A stretch of 64,000 nucleotides of DNA, taken from positions 32,001-96,000 of the forward strand of contig VMGC01000002.1 in assembly GCA_007376385.1 (NCBI GenBank), read 5' to 3'. A program made the translations under genes and the position numbers. Shown in pieces: positions 35,872 through 46,074 of this stretch (position 1 is its first letter; each line of letters starts with the position of its first letter). The notes under the pieces were generated by a model that worked only from the letters and a program-made list of their open reading frames with translations, did no database searches and was not told where the DNA came from. Origin of the DNA: Parcubacteria group bacterium Gr01-1014_8. Lineage in GTDB: Bacteria; Patescibacteriota; Minisyncoccia; Phycocordibacterales; UBA2100.

Positions 35872-36336
35872 ATGTTGTTTCTGTGCAATAATAAACGCAT
35901 GGCGGATCCGTCAGAACAAATGCGACCAAATTATCTGCGTCCAGATCCGGAGCTTGAGATAAAGCAGACTCCTGATGAGTGGGGAGTCTTTTTGGCAACG
36001 AGATCTTTTAATGATATTAAGAGTAGATTCGAATTAGAGATTGGCAACATTGAACGCCGAATTAGTGGTGCAGAGGAAGACATGCGTAATCTCTCAGGAA
36101 AATCAGATGATGTTTCAAGAAAATGGCGTGAATACTCTATGCAAACACTGCAGAGTTGTTTAAACGAAGTAATTCCGGCACGTCTGCCGGGTTTTCAGAG
36201 AGGCGTGGATAGAGTCAATGCACGTCAAGAATTTACCGAACTGCAAAAGGAAGAGATTGCGGCAATCGTCGATAGGCTAAAAATAGCTCGTGGCCAAGCT
36301 GAAAGCGCACTAGCGAAATTTACGCTACCGGCTTGA
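35872..36336 (+). CDS. Hypothetical protein, 154 aa
   Basis: ORF only. Confidence 0.45.
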   Translation: MLFLCNNKRMADPSEQMRPNYLRPDPELEIKQTPDEWGVFLATRSFNDIKSRFELEIGNIERRISGAEEDMRNLSGKSDDVSRKWREYSMQTLQSCLNEVIPARLPGFQRGVDRVNARQEFTELQKEEIAAIVDRLKIARGQAESALAKFTLPA

Positions 36337-37534
36337 GCGTCATCCTTCGCTCCTTGGGTTCGAAGAGCGTGATAGAGAACGGATACACTTTGCCGAGCTC
36401 TAATTTTGCGCGAAGTTCTGCTTCGTCCTTGAATTCAGAGACGTGTACGAGTCCTGCAACGCCTTCTTCGATAGATGCAAGAGCGCCATGCTTGTTGTAT
36501 TTGATGATGACCGCATTCACCGTCTGATCTTTTTTATACTGTGCAGCGGCAGATTTCCACGGGTCGTCGGTGAGCGCCTTTATGGAGAGGGATACTTTAT
36601 CGTCTTTTATCTCGATGACCTTTACATTCACTTTCTCGCCGACTTTGTAGCGAGTTTTAGGATTCTCAACGAGCGCCCAATCCATTTCTGAGATGTGCAC
36701 CAATCCCTCTAAGCCTTCTTCGAGTTTTACGAATACGCCGAAGTCTGTTGCGCCAGTCACGATGCCTTCAAGCGTATCGCCGACGTGATATTTCTCAACA
36801 AGGGAGGAGCGCTCCGTGCTTCCTGCGCCCTTCTCGCTGAAAATAAGTTTTTGTTCTTTCGGATTTGCGGTAATGATGAGAACTTCCAGGCGCTGGCCGA
36901 TAAGTTTTTTCAATTCCACGAATATCTTGTCCTTATCTCCATCCGGCACTCGCGGATAGTGCGCAGGTGCGAGCTGGGAAGCAGGAAGAAATCCCTGCAA
37001 GCCGTTCCAGGCGATGATGAGACCTCCCTTGTTTGCATCAGTGATGGGAAGTTCGAGCACTGTTTTCTTTTGCGATGCTGTTTCCGCCTCGTTCCAGATG
37101 AGCGCTTGGCGCGCTTCGCGGAGAGAGAGCTCAATGTAACCTTCAGTGTTGTCGCTTCCAACGACCTTAGCTGTAACAGTGTCTCCGATGTGAACGTTCT
37201 TGAGAGCCTCTCGTGCAGAGAGGTATTCACGGCCGTAGATAATGCCTGTCCCGAATGGGTGGAGGTCAACGAACACGCGCGCGCGGCCCACCGCAATAAC
37301 GGGTCCTTCGACAACGTCATCATTTGCAGGAGGTTTAGGCGCGCTCTCCATGAGCTCAGCCATCGGGCCCTGCTTTGCTGCCGCTACTGCTTCTTCTTCA
37401 ACGTCTTCGAGCTCTTCCTTTTCCTTAACTTCTTTTATTGCTGTGACCATCGTTGTGTCAGCTGTGGGTACTTCCGCTCCTTCCGTGTCTGTCGCCGAGA
37501 TTTTCTTGACGGCACTCCGTCTTAGAAAATCCAA
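36320..37534 (-). CDS. rpsA: 30S ribosomal protein S1 (four S1 domains, short form)
   Basis: Repeated S1 OB-fold motifs (GxxVxGxVxxI...GLVHISE). Confidence 0.75.
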   Translation of the reverse strand: MDFLRRSAVKKISATDTEGAEVPTADTTMVTAIKEVKEKEELEDVEEEAVAAAKQGPMAELMESAPKPPANDDVVEGPVIAVGRARVFVDLHPFGTGIIYGREYLSAREALKNVHIGDTVTAKVVGSDNTEGYIELSLREARQALIWNEAETASQKKTVLELPITDANKGGLIIAWNGLQGFLPASQLAPAHYPRVPDGDKDKIFVELKKLIGQRLEVLIITANPKEQKLIFSEKGAGSTERSSLVEKYHVGDTLEGIVTGATDFGVFVKLEEGLEGLVHISEMDWALVENPKTRYKVGEKVNVKVIEIKDDKVSLSIKALTDDPWKSAAAQYKKDQTVNAVIIKYNKHGALASIEEGVAGLVHVSEFKDEAELRAKLELGKVYPFSITLFEPKERRMTLKPVA

Positions 37535-37712
37535 GTGTAGTCGCGCAGCGAGCTACTGTGAGGCGGGTGAGTATAAACCCAAGCGTCCTATTAACTAGTA
37601 ATTAAAAATGCCCCTTGGGGCGTCGAGCACTATATATTGTATTAAACTTTGTTGCAAGAGGATGATGCCGCGAGAGTCAACGGATCGCTAAGAAACTGCT
37701 ATAATCCCGACC

Positions 37713-38348
37713 ATGATTCTTACCTACCACGAGGGGGGATGCATCCGAGCGAGTGCGGGCGATACAACTCTTGTTTTCGGGCCGGTCTCGAAGCAATCGA
37801 AAAATTTCAAGCCGACGAGTTTCGGTGCGGATGTTGCGTTCATTTCCGTGAACCATCCCGATATGAATGGCGCAGAAGAAGCCGGCCGCGGCGAGAAGCA
37901 GCCGTTCATCATCGCGGGCCCCGGCGAGTATGAGGTGAACGGCATCATCGCGGCCGGATTTTCGTCGAGATCGAAATATGACCTGTCCGGTCAGGGAGGC
38001 AGAGACCGTATCAATACAATATATGCCGTGGATTTTGATGGACTTTCTGTTCTTTACCTTGGCGCAGAATCAGAATCTGACATGCCGAAGGAGCTTCTTG
38101 AAATGGACGCGCCCGATATCCTCATTACGCCGATAGGAGGGTCAGGCGTTCTTTCTGCCGCCGATGCGCAAAAGCTGGCAGTGAAACTTGAAGCAAAAAT
38201 AGTCATTCCGATCTTCTTTGATGCAAAAACGCTGAAGACATTCCTAAAAGAGGCTGGTTCCGAAGGTGTAAAGCCGGTAGACAAACTGACGCTCAAGTCA
38301 AAGGACGTTGCCGGCAAGGAAAATGAGGTCGTCGTCTTGAGTGCATAA
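37713..38348 (+). CDS. Metallo-beta-lactamase-fold hydrolase
   Basis: MILTYHEGGCIRASAGDTTLVFGP N-terminus typical of the short MBL-fold hydrolases. Confidence 0.6.
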   Translation: MILTYHEGGCIRASAGDTTLVFGPVSKQSKNFKPTSFGADVAFISVNHPDMNGAEEAGRGEKQPFIIAGPGEYEVNGIIAAGFSSRSKYDLSGQGGRDRINTIYAVDFDGLSVLYLGAESESDMPKELLEMDAPDILITPIGGSGVLSAADAQKLAVKLEAKIVIPIFFDAKTLKTFLKEAGSEGVKPVDKLTLKSKDVAGKENEVVVLSA

Positions 38349-38766
38349 ACCGAGCGGTACGTCGCTAAAAGTGTGGCAAAATGGAGATATCCGTTTCTAC
38401 GGCTCGCACTCTATGGTAGTTCAAAAAGCAATCGCTAACTTAAAGGATAAATCGAAGGATGAAAAAAAGGCCGTCGCGAGCGGCATTGCGATCGGCGTTG
38501 TTGCGATCCTTCTAATTGGGTGGGGATTTCTTTTTGTGAAAAAAATCCAGCAGGGCGGAAAGATGAATCTCGGCGGCGGCAGACAGGCAGAGTTCGATTT
38601 TTCGAGTGTTCGTGATGCGCAGGAGCAGTTGAAGCAAGGCATTAATGCTACACAGGATGAGTTGCGGGCGATCCGCGAGTCTGCTGTATCAAATCAAGCG
38701 CCGACCGAACAGCAAGTGGACCCGTATACTCCAGAAGACCAGTTTGGCACGGATGGTTCGTTGTAA
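38341..38766 (+). CDS. Hypothetical membrane-anchored protein
   Basis: ORF; single TM helix (IAIGVVAILLIGWGFLFV). Confidence 0.4.
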   Translation: MHKPSGTSLKVWQNGDIRFYGSHSMVVQKAIANLKDKSKDEKKAVASGIAIGVVAILLIGWGFLFVKKIQQGGKMNLGGGRQAEFDFSSVRDAQEQLKQGINATQDELRAIRESAVSNQAPTEQQVDPYTPEDQFGTDGSL

Positions 38767-38906
38767 GTGCTCGACAAGTGGGTGGAGAGGTATCTAATTA
38801 GACGCGGAGGGAGAACACGCCTTGAGCGTGGGTTCTGGATCGTCTGCTCGTGGATGCGTCTAACGCGCCGACTTGCAGATACATTCAGAAATAATCCCTA
38901 CTGAGG

Positions 38907-38942
38907 GGCTCACGGATCTGGTCTTGCCGTGAGCCTTTCTCC
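38907..38942 (+). terminator. Hairpin GGCTCACGG-N11-CCGTGAGCC followed by TTTCTCCC
   Basis: 9-bp stem downstream of 38341..38766 and upstream of gyrA. Confidence 0.45.
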
Positions 38943-38995
38943 CTATAAAAAAAGCTCCCAAAAAGAGGGATTTTGTGATACAATTTCGCTGATAT

Positions 38996-41509
38996 ATGGC
39001 ACGGGAAAAGAAGGGAATTCCGCCTGGCGGCCTGTCCGGCCAGGGAGACGGCGCCCCGGTGGCGCCGCTTAACGTTGTATCCCGCTCCATCACGACTGAA
39101 ATGCGCGAGTCGTATCTTGACTACGCGATGTCAGTCATTACCGCCAGGGCGCTTCCAGATGTACGCGACGGGCTGAAACCTGTGCACCGCAGGGTCCTTT
39201 TTGCCATGCAAGAACTGGGACTTACCGCTTCCGCGAAGACGCGAAAATCTGCAACTGTTGTTGGTGAGGTGCTGGGTAAATATCATCCCCACGGCGACGC
39301 TAGCGTGTACGATGCGATGGTGCGTTTGGCGCAGGATTTCTCTATGCGGTATCCCTTGATAGTTGGCCAGGGAAATTTCGGTTCCATTGACGGCGATAAT
39401 GCAGCAGCGATGCGATATACGGAGGCAAAAATGTCACGCTTGGCAAGCGAGATGATGAAAGATATTGAGAAGGATACCGTTGATTTTAGACCCAACTACG
39501 ACAACACCAAGCAAGAACCGACTGTTCTTCCTGCGGCGGCTCCGAATCTTCTCATCAATGGGACACTCGGCATTGCGGTCGGTATGGCATCGAACATTCC
39601 GCCGCACAATATTCGAGAAGCATGTCAGGCCTCTGTTCATCTCGTTGAAAATCCCGATGCGACAACGGACGACCTTTTAAAATTTGTGCAGGGTCCTGAT
39701 TTTCCGACTGGCTGCATCGCATTCAACCAGAAAGACCTCGCGCATGCATATTCGACTGGTCGCGGGGGCGTTGTTGTTCGCGGCGATGCGGAGATCGTCG
39801 AGGGGAAAAAGGAGGACTACACCATCATCATCACATCCATCCCATATCGCGTGAACAAAGCGGACCTTTTGCAGAGGATTGCGGATCTTGTACACGAAAA
39901 AAAACTGGAAGGCATCAGAGACGTCCGAGATGAGTCAACCAAGGATATCCGTGTCGTCGTTGAGCTGAAAAATAATGCAAATGCTCAGACTGTTCTCAAT
40001 TATTTATACAAACACACGCAACTCGAAGAAACGTTCCACTACAATGTCGTCGCGCTGGTGGACGGCGTGCCTCAAACACTGTCCCTGAAGGCCGTTCTTG
40101 AATCGTTCATATCTCACAGAAAAGAGGTTGTAACAAGAAGGACGACATTTGATCTGGATCGTGCGAAGGAGCGAGAGCACATTCTCCTGGGTCTAAAGAA
40201 AGCGCTCGATCACATAGACGAGATAATCAAACTCATAAAAAAGAGCAAAGACGTTAACGACGCGCGAGCGAGCTTGATGGCGAAATTCAAATTCTCGGAA
40301 ATTCAGGCGAACGCAATTCTCGACATGCGTCTGCAGAAGCTGGCCGGACTGGAGAGAAAGAAGATAGAAGATGAATTAAAGGAAGTGCAGGCGCTCATTG
40401 AGGAGCTGACGATACTTCTCAAAAGCGAAAAGAAACTCATGGACCTCATCAAGAAAGAGATCATCGAGATAGGCGAGAAATATGGCGACGAGCGACGTAC
40501 GAAGATCGTGAAGCGCGCGGCGCAAATGCTTTCGGCGGAAGATCTTGTTGCAGACGAGGACAGCGTGCTTGTTCTCACACAGGGCGGCTACATCAAGCGA
40601 ACGAATCCAAACGAATATCGCAGACAGAAACGCGGGGGAGTCGGTGTTGTGGACCTCGATACGAAGGAAGAGGATTTTGTCACGCAATTTCTTACCACGA
40701 GCGCGCACAGCGACCTTCTTTTCTTCTCCGATCGCGGCAAAGTGTATCAGCTGAAAATGTATGAATTGCCGGAAGGGAAGCGCGCAACCAAAGGTAAATC
40801 AATAATGAATTTCATATCTCTCGAGCAAGACGAGTCCATCACGTCAATTTTAGCGATGCCGAAGAATATGAAGGGAAGCGAAGGCTTGTCTCTTTTGATG
40901 GCGACAAAAGATGGAACGGTCAAGAAAACAGCCGCCGACAAATTCAAAGAAGTGAGGAGGAGCGGGCTTCTTGCGATATCGCTTGATAAAGGTGACTCGC
41001 TCATTTCGGCGCAATTCGTGCGAAAAGGGGATTCGGTCGTGCTCACTACCTCGAAGGGGCAATCTATCCGTTTTAAGGAATCGGATGTGCGTGAGATGGG
41101 GAGACAAGCCGCAGGCGTCCGCGGCATGAAACTCGGCGGAAGCGATGTTATTGTCGGCGCCGGAGTCGCGTCTGGCGCTGTTAACGATGGTGAACTTCTC
41201 GTCATATCTTCAACCGGATACGGAAAGAAGACCAAGCTCTCTGAATACAAGATACAAGGCAGGGGTGGAAGCGGCATCAAAACAATGTCAATAACACCGA
41301 AAACAAAACAACTTATCGGTGCGGCGGTCATTGCAAAGAAAGGCGGCGAACTAGTGGCGATGTCGAAAAAAAGCCAGACCATCCGAACGGGTCTCGATGA
41401 GATACCAACTCTTTCCCGGGCAACACAGGGCGTGCGCGTGATGAAAATGCGCGAGGGCGACCAGGTAGCGTCATTTGTTGTGTTCGAAGGAGCTGAAGAG
41501 GAGGCGTAG
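38996..41509 (+). CDS. gyrA: DNA gyrase subunit A
   Basis: [10 protein letters not shown] active-site Tyr region, [10 protein letters not shown]-terminal beta-pinwheel repeats. Confidence 0.9.
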   Translation: MAREKKGIPPGGLSGQGDGAPVAPLNVVSRSITTEMRESYLDYAMSVITARALPDVRDGLKPVHRRVLFAMQELGLTASAKTRKSATVVGEVLGKYHPHGDASVYDAMVRLAQDFSMRYPLIVGQGNFGSIDGDNAAAMRYTEAKMSRLASEMMKDIEKDTVDFRPNYDNTKQEPTVLPAAAPNLLINGTLGIAVGMASNIPPHNIREACQASVHLVENPDATTDDLLKFVQGPDFPTGCIAFNQKDLAHAYSTGRGGVVVRGDAEIVEGKKEDYTIIITSIPYRVNKADLLQRIADLVHEKKLEGIRDVRDESTKDIRVVVELKNNANAQTVLNYLYKHTQLEETFHYNVVALVDGVPQTLSLKAVLESFISHRKEVVTRRTTFDLDRAKEREHILLGLKKALDHIDEIIKLIKKSKDVNDARASLMAKFKFSEIQANAILDMRLQKLAGLERKKIEDELKEVQALIEELTILLKSEKKLMDLIKKEIIEIGEKYGDERRTKIVKRAAQMLSAEDLVADEDSVLVLTQGGYIKRTNPNEYRRQKRGGVGVVDLDTKEEDFVTQFLTTSAHSDLLFFSDRGKVYQLKMYELPEGKRATKGKSIMNFISLEQDESITSILAMPKNMKGSEGLSLLMATKDGTVKKTAADKFKEVRRSGLLAISLDKGDSLISAQFVRKGDSVVLTTSKGQSIRFKESDVREMGRQAAGVRGMKLGGSDVIVGAGVASGAVNDGELLVISSTGYGKKTKLSEYKIQGRGGSGIKTMSITPKTKQLIGAAVIAKKGGELVAMSKKSQTIRTGLDEIPTLSRATQGVRVMKMREGDQVASFVVFEGAEEEA

Positions 41510-41523
41510 TTTACGCGCGTTCC

Positions 41524-42141
41524 ATGGATCTCTTGCTGCAGGGATTTGTTCTTGGGGCCGTAGGGGGCATTGTTCCTGGCGCCGTTCTGACTATCTTGCT
41601 GGTGAGCGCTTTGCAGGGCGGTTTGTACTTGGGGCTTCGAACCTTTTTCTGGGCAATGCTTTCAGAGATCGCGGTCGCTGGCGCGCTGCTTCTTCTCGCT
41701 ACTCAAATACCTCTCAATGAACGTCTGTTTATGGGCATGGGTCTCGTCGGGGGTTTTGTTCTCGTATATTTTGCCTTTAAGGTTTTCACATTGAAGTCGG
41801 TCGGTATACCCGAGCATGAACGAACAGTATTTACTCCCCTCAGAATTCTTATTTTATCTGCGACAAATGCTCCGCTCTACATCTTTTGGATATCAATATG
41901 TTTTCCGCTCATATGGCAGCTGGCTGCAAGCTGGGGTCTTTCTGCAGCAGCAGTGTCGTATTTTGTTGCATTTGAACTTGGGTGGGGAATCAGCACATTC
42001 ATGATGCTTATGCTCTTTATCTTTTCACGCTCCGTGCTGATGGATGAACGGATAATGCGCAAGGTATTTGTCGCACTCTCGATAATTCTTGCGGGGTTCG
42101 GTATCAAGATGTTCATAACGTCAGTTCAGTTATTTCAGTGA
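41524..42141 (+). CDS. LysE/RhtB-type translocator family membrane protein
   Basis: Six TM helices, N-terminal GAVGGIVPGAV motif. Confidence 0.55.
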   Translation: MDLLLQGFVLGAVGGIVPGAVLTILLVSALQGGLYLGLRTFFWAMLSEIAVAGALLLLATQIPLNERLFMGMGLVGGFVLVYFAFKVFTLKSVGIPEHERTVFTPLRILILSATNAPLYIFWISICFPLIWQLAASWGLSAAAVSYFVAFELGWGISTFMMLMLFIFSRSVLMDERIMRKVFVALSIILAGFGIKMFITSVQLFQ

Positions 42142-42156
42142 GGTATACTGATTGCA

Positions 42157-42729
42157 ATGGATCCTGTTGATGCAGGAGTTGCTTCGCATGAGAGTTTTGC
42201 GCATCCGCACCGCAACGTTGCGGTTCTTGGGGTGCAACCGGGCATGAAGGTTGCCGACTTTGGGGCCGGAAGCGGGGCATATGTACATGCAATAACGGAC
42301 GCGCTCTCTGGCACGGGTACCGTATATGCCATCGACGTTCAAAAGGACCTTCTGCGGCGGATCAAGAATGATGCAACAAAGCGCGGTTTTCATAACGTGG
42401 AAGTGGTGTGGGCCGACCTTGAAAAACTAGGCGCATCAAAGATAAAAGAACAGGTGCTCGATCTTGTTCTCATCTCTAATGTGCTGTTTCAATTGCATGA
42501 CAAACACGTCATATTTGAGGAGGCAAAGCGCATATTGAAAAAGGGAGGGCGGCTCGCTGTCATCGATTGGAGCGATTCGTACGGGGGCATTGGTCCTACC
42601 AAATCAGACGTAATGAAGAAGGAAGATGCCATCAAGCTTGCGAGGAGATCCGGATTCGAACTCCCGCGAGAATTTCAGGCGGGAGCGCACCACTACGGAT
42701 TAATTTTCAGAGTAAAGATGGGATCGTAG
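42157..42729 (+). CDS. Class I SAM-dependent methyltransferase
   Basis: VADFGAGSGAYV motif I and the acidic motif II region. Confidence 0.75.
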   Translation: MDPVDAGVASHESFAHPHRNVAVLGVQPGMKVADFGAGSGAYVHAITDALSGTGTVYAIDVQKDLLRRIKNDATKRGFHNVEVVWADLEKLGASKIKEQVLDLVLISNVLFQLHDKHVIFEEAKRILKKGGRLAVIDWSDSYGGIGPTKSDVMKKEDAIKLARRSGFELPREFQAGAHHYGLIFRVKMGS

Positions 42730-42743
42730 TATCATAAAAAATC

Positions 42744-44042
42744 ATGACCAAACTTTCATTTTTTCAGATAGTCGTACTCTCATCCTTCGGTGCTCTCGCG
42801 ATCGCGGGCGTAATGATATTTGCGTTCGTGGTCGGCGGCTCCGGAGGCGAGGGCATAGGAGAAGTGAAAATTTGGGGCACGCTGGACGCTGGCGCATTTG
42901 CAACGATACTCCGTCAGCTTGCGGAAGAGGACACTCGCATGAAAGCTGTAACGTATACCCAGAAAGATCAATCAACCTTCGATCGGGATGTGACCAATGC
43001 GCTCGCGTCCGGTGCGGGGCCTGACCTGTTCGTTCTCCGCAGTGATTTCGCAGAAAAGGAGGCAGCGAAGGTGTCGGCAATACCGTATGCGCTATTTTCG
43101 GAAGAACAATTTCAAAATACGTTCATCGAAGCGGCGAACGTATACATGGGTCCGGAAGGAGTGCGCGCCGTTCCGCTTGTTGTGGACCCGCTCGTACTCT
43201 ACTGGAATCGCGACATGCTGGCCTCATCGGGCTTTGCGAAACCGCCCGTGTTTTGGGACGAGTTGTTCGACATGGCGACAAAAATGACCAAAAAAGACGA
43301 TACGAATTCCATCATAAAGAGTACCATCGCGCTCGGTGAACATCAGAACGTGGATCATGCGAAAGAGATACTCTCGCTTCTCATCATGCAAGCTCAAGGC
43401 CGCATCACGCAAAGAGATGGTACGGGGAAATTGCAGACGGCGCTTGTGGCGCGCGCAGGAGATGTACAGCAGCCGACAGAATCGGCGCTCCGGTACTACA
43501 CTGAATTTGCGAACCCTATCAAAGCGCACTACACATGGAATCGCGCACTTCGAGAGAGCCGTTCAGCGTTCGCATCGGGAGATCTCGCACTTTATATAGG
43601 CCTCGCAAGCGAGGAGCCGTTGGTACGCCGCATCAATCCGAATTTGAACTTCGCTATTGCGCCAGTGCCGCAGATACGGGGCGGTGCTCGGAGCTTGAAT
43701 GTGGGACACGTATACGCATTTGCCGTACCAAAAGCGGCCAAGAATCTGCAAGGCGCTCTCACGGTTGCCTATACTCTTGCATCAATGGATACGTCAAAAC
43801 TATTCTCTAAGGCTCTTGGCATGCCTTCTGCAAGGAGAGATGTTCTTGCGGAGCCTGCGACGGGCAATGATGATCTTTTCAACAAGCAAGCCATCCTTGC
43901 GAGAGCGTGGGTAGACCCGGACCCGGAAAAAACTGATGTTATATTTAGAGACATGATACAGAGTGTCACCAGCGGCTCTGCGCGTCTCGGCGAAGCGATA
44001 CAGAGGGCGGATAAGACGATGAGCGACCTTCTCAGCATATGA
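42744..44042 (+). CDS. Membrane-anchored extracellular solute-binding protein (ABC substrate-binding, family 1-like)
   Basis: N-terminal TM helix then a periplasmic binding fold of about 400 aa. Confidence 0.55.
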   Translation: MTKLSFFQIVVLSSFGALAIAGVMIFAFVVGGSGGEGIGEVKIWGTLDAGAFATILRQLAEEDTRMKAVTYTQKDQSTFDRDVTNALASGAGPDLFVLRSDFAEKEAAKVSAIPYALFSEEQFQNTFIEAANVYMGPEGVRAVPLVVDPLVLYWNRDMLASSGFAKPPVFWDELFDMATKMTKKDDTNSIIKSTIALGEHQNVDHAKEILSLLIMQAQGRITQRDGTGKLQTALVARAGDVQQPTESALRYYTEFANPIKAHYTWNRALRESRSAFASGDLALYIGLASEEPLVRRINPNLNFAIAPVPQIRGGARSLNVGHVYAFAVPKAAKNLQGALTVAYTLASMDTSKLFSKALGMPSARRDVLAEPATGNDDLFNKQAILARAWVDPDPEKTDVIFRDMIQSVTSGSARLGEAIQRADKTMSDLLSI

Positions 44043-44144
44043 CCCCATGAGAGAAATACTTTCGATATACCTATGAACATGATTGAACAGATCTACATGT
44101 GGGAGACAACAAAACATTCAAGCAGTCTCTCTCACGGGGTATGA
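44043..44144 (+). promoter_or_regulatory. Variant box pair TATGACCCCATGAGAGAAAT ... TCTCTCACGGGGTATG. The 5-prime box overlaps the TGA stop of 42744..44042 and the 3-prime box abuts the ATG of 44141..44488
   Basis: Same arrangement as between infB and rbfA (50709-50814). Confidence 0.55.
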
Positions 44145-44488
44145 CGAACATCAGACGAGTACTGAGGATCGCACACTGGACATTTTTCTTCGTGCTGCTG
44201 CCGTCCTTGGTTATGGCGCAAACGCTGCAAAATCCGACGCAGTTTCCGACCATTCAGCGTTTTATTGAAGGCGTACTGAAGGCGGTCGTATACATTGCGA
44301 TGCCTATCATTGCGCTTTTTATGGTGTATGCCGGGTTCCTTTTTGTTAAGGCGCGCGGAAATTCTGGAGAACTCGAGAATGCCAAGAAAAATTTTGTGTA
44401 CGTCATTATTGGCGCAATTCTCATCCTCGGCGCATGGGTATTTGCAACGCTTATCGGCGGAACCGTCAGTCAGCTCGTCGGCTCATAG
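44141..44488 (+). CDS. Small secreted two-helix membrane protein, pilin-like paralog 1
   Basis: Signal peptide ...LPSLVMA|QT, then two hydrophobic helices (YAGFLFV; ILILGAWVFATLIGG). Confidence 0.55.
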   Translation: MTNIRRVLRIAHWTFFFVLLPSLVMAQTLQNPTQFPTIQRFIEGVLKAVVYIAMPIIALFMVYAGFLFVKARGNSGELENAKKNFVYVIIGAILILGAWVFATLIGGTVSQLVGS

Positions 44489-44489
44489 C

Positions 44490-44795
44490 ATGACTACATT
44501 TAGACGCATTGGATATCTGATTCTCATCCTCGGCGCGCCGCTCGTCGTCGCGGCAGCGCCTCGCACCTATAGGGAACTTGTCGAATACCTCATTAAAATA
44601 ATGAATTACACGATAGGTACGTTGATAGTTCTTGGGCTGGTGACGTATTTTTACGGCGTTGCGCACAATATAATAAGATCTAAAGAAGGCGATTCAGGCC
44701 AGCAGAGGAGTTTTATTTTGATGGGTGTCGTCGTGATATTCGTCATGGTGTCGGTGTGGGGAATACTTCGTCTCCTTAGAACGACGTTCTTCTAG
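44490..44795 (+). CDS. Pilin-like paralog 2
   Basis: MTTFRRIGYLILILGAPLVVAAAP signal, then helices ending IFVMVSVWGILRLL; ATG 2 nt after the upstream TAG. Confidence 0.55.
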   Translation: MTTFRRIGYLILILGAPLVVAAAPRTYRELVEYLIKIMNYTIGTLIVLGLVTYFYGVAHNIIRSKEGDSGQQRSFILMGVVVIFVMVSVWGILRLLRTTFF

Positions 44796-44803
44796 TTTGA
44801 AAT

Positions 44804-45118
44804 ATGCGCGCGATCCGGGAACAGAGGAGACAATGCTTTGCCGGGGCTTCCGCCGTCATTTTCGGGATGGTCTCGCTTCCTTTTTTAGCGAACGCCCTCA
44901 CGCTCGCAGAAATGCGCGATGCGGCCGTACCCTTTCTGTATGGGATCATTGGTTTTTTCGGGGCGCTTGCATTCGGCATTTTTGGGGCAGGTCTTGTTGT
45001 TTATCTGGTTCGTATGAGTTTGGATAATCGTATGTATGGTATCGATATCATGATATGGGGGGTTACCATCCTTTTTGTCGTTGTCCTTCTCATCGGGCTT
45101 CTGGTGTGGATACAATAA
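44804..45118 (+). CDS. Pilin-like paralog 3
   Basis: Signal-like N-terminus, helices ...MIWGVTILFVVVLLIGLLVW. Confidence 0.5.
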   Translation: MRAIREQRRQCFAGASAVIFGMVSLPFLANALTLAEMRDAAVPFLYGIIGFFGALAFGIFGAGLVVYLVRMSLDNRMYGIDIMIWGVTILFVVVLLIGLLVWIQ

Positions 45119-45217
45119 GTGATTAGAAGGGGGGTTATTATGGCTGGAGGGCGAAATCGCGCGGGCCGCAGGCTTGCATGATCCACGAGCGAAGACGCAA
45201 AATCACGTATTCGTGCA

Positions 45218-45380
45218 CGCCCATGAACCAATTTTGGTTTTTGACAACCAGATCTAGCGCGTAAGAAATGTAAAGGTGTATGCCATGTCAGCGAACCCGA
45301 GGCGTATTCGAAACGATCGGCCGAACCAAAATTTGGTGCTGGGTTATCCACACAGAACCGACCTTGGCGCCTTTTTGCGC
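45218..45380 (+). repeat. Leader-type repeat, copy R1 (orphan; no gene follows)
   Basis: Shares CGCCCATGAACCAATTTTGG, TATGCCATGTCAGCG and CCAAAATTTGGTGCTGGGTTATC blocks with R2 and R3. Confidence 0.6.
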
Positions 45381-45427
45381 TATCAGGGGGATACAATAAG
45401 ACTACTTACTGGCGACGTAAGGCGAGA

Positions 45428-45470
45428 GAAACGACAGTGTAACTCACTTTCGTTTCCGAGCCGAGGAGCC
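45428..45470 (+). repeat. Hairpin/CCGAGC-box family copy E (GAAACGA-N15-TCGTTTC then CGAGCCGAGGAGCC)
   Basis: Family member between R1 and R2. Confidence 0.5.
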
Positions 45471-45524
45471 AGCAAAAATATTTTTTTACCAAGTCAACTT
45501 ATTGATATTTACTATGAGCGCACG

Positions 45525-45680
45525 ACCTGCCCATGAACCAACTTTGGCCTCCAACAACGGTCATCGTGTAGGGAAAGAAAGTTTGAAATATGCCTTGTCA
45601 GCGTACGCTGGGGTGTCGCGAAATTTCTTGGCTAGGCCAAAGTTTGGTGCGGGGTTATCGACTATGTGGGTGCTGATAGC
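45525..45680 (+). repeat. Leader-type repeat, copy R2, running into the start of pilin-like paralog 4
   Basis: Contains the identical 24-mer ACCTGCCCATGAACCAACTTTGGC found at 9818. Confidence 0.6.
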
Positions 45681-46011
45681 GGGCACTTTTCTTTTGCCTG
45701 CACTCGTCTCTGCCCAGACTCTCCTGAACACGCTCGCGCTCGTCAATACGTTCCTCAACGCGCTCATCGGTCTTTTCATTACCCTTGCCATCGTCGCGTT
45801 CTTCTGGGGACTCATCAAGTACTTGGTCAATATGGGTTCCGAGAATGCGAAAGAAGGCATTCAGATAATGCTCTGGGGCATCATCGCAATTTTCGTCATG
45901 GTCTCCATTTGGGGAATCATCCGGTTGCTCCAAGCTACGTTCCGTGTCACATCAACTGACCCGGTCATTCCAAAAGGTATTCAGATCAACACTGGAGGGG
46001 GAAACTTTTAA
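45664..46011 (+). CDS. Pilin-like paralog 4
   Basis: MWVLIAGTFLLPALVSA|QT signal, helices ...FFWGLIKY...IFVMVSIWGIIRLL. Confidence 0.55.
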   Translation: MWVLIAGTFLLPALVSAQTLLNTLALVNTFLNALIGLFITLAIVAFFWGLIKYLVNMGSENAKEGIQIMLWGIIAIFVMVSIWGIIRLLQATFRVTSTDPVIPKGIQINTGGGNF

Positions 46012-46074
46012 ACGTGGCCATTTTGATTCGAACCTGCGGGATTCTGGATTGGGGTTCCTAGGTCTGGGATAGCT

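Noticed and set aside
36785-37525. 246-aa ORF on the plus strand
   Set aside because: Antisense to rpsA.
40747-41382. 211-aa ORF on the minus strand
   Set aside because: Antisense to gyrA.
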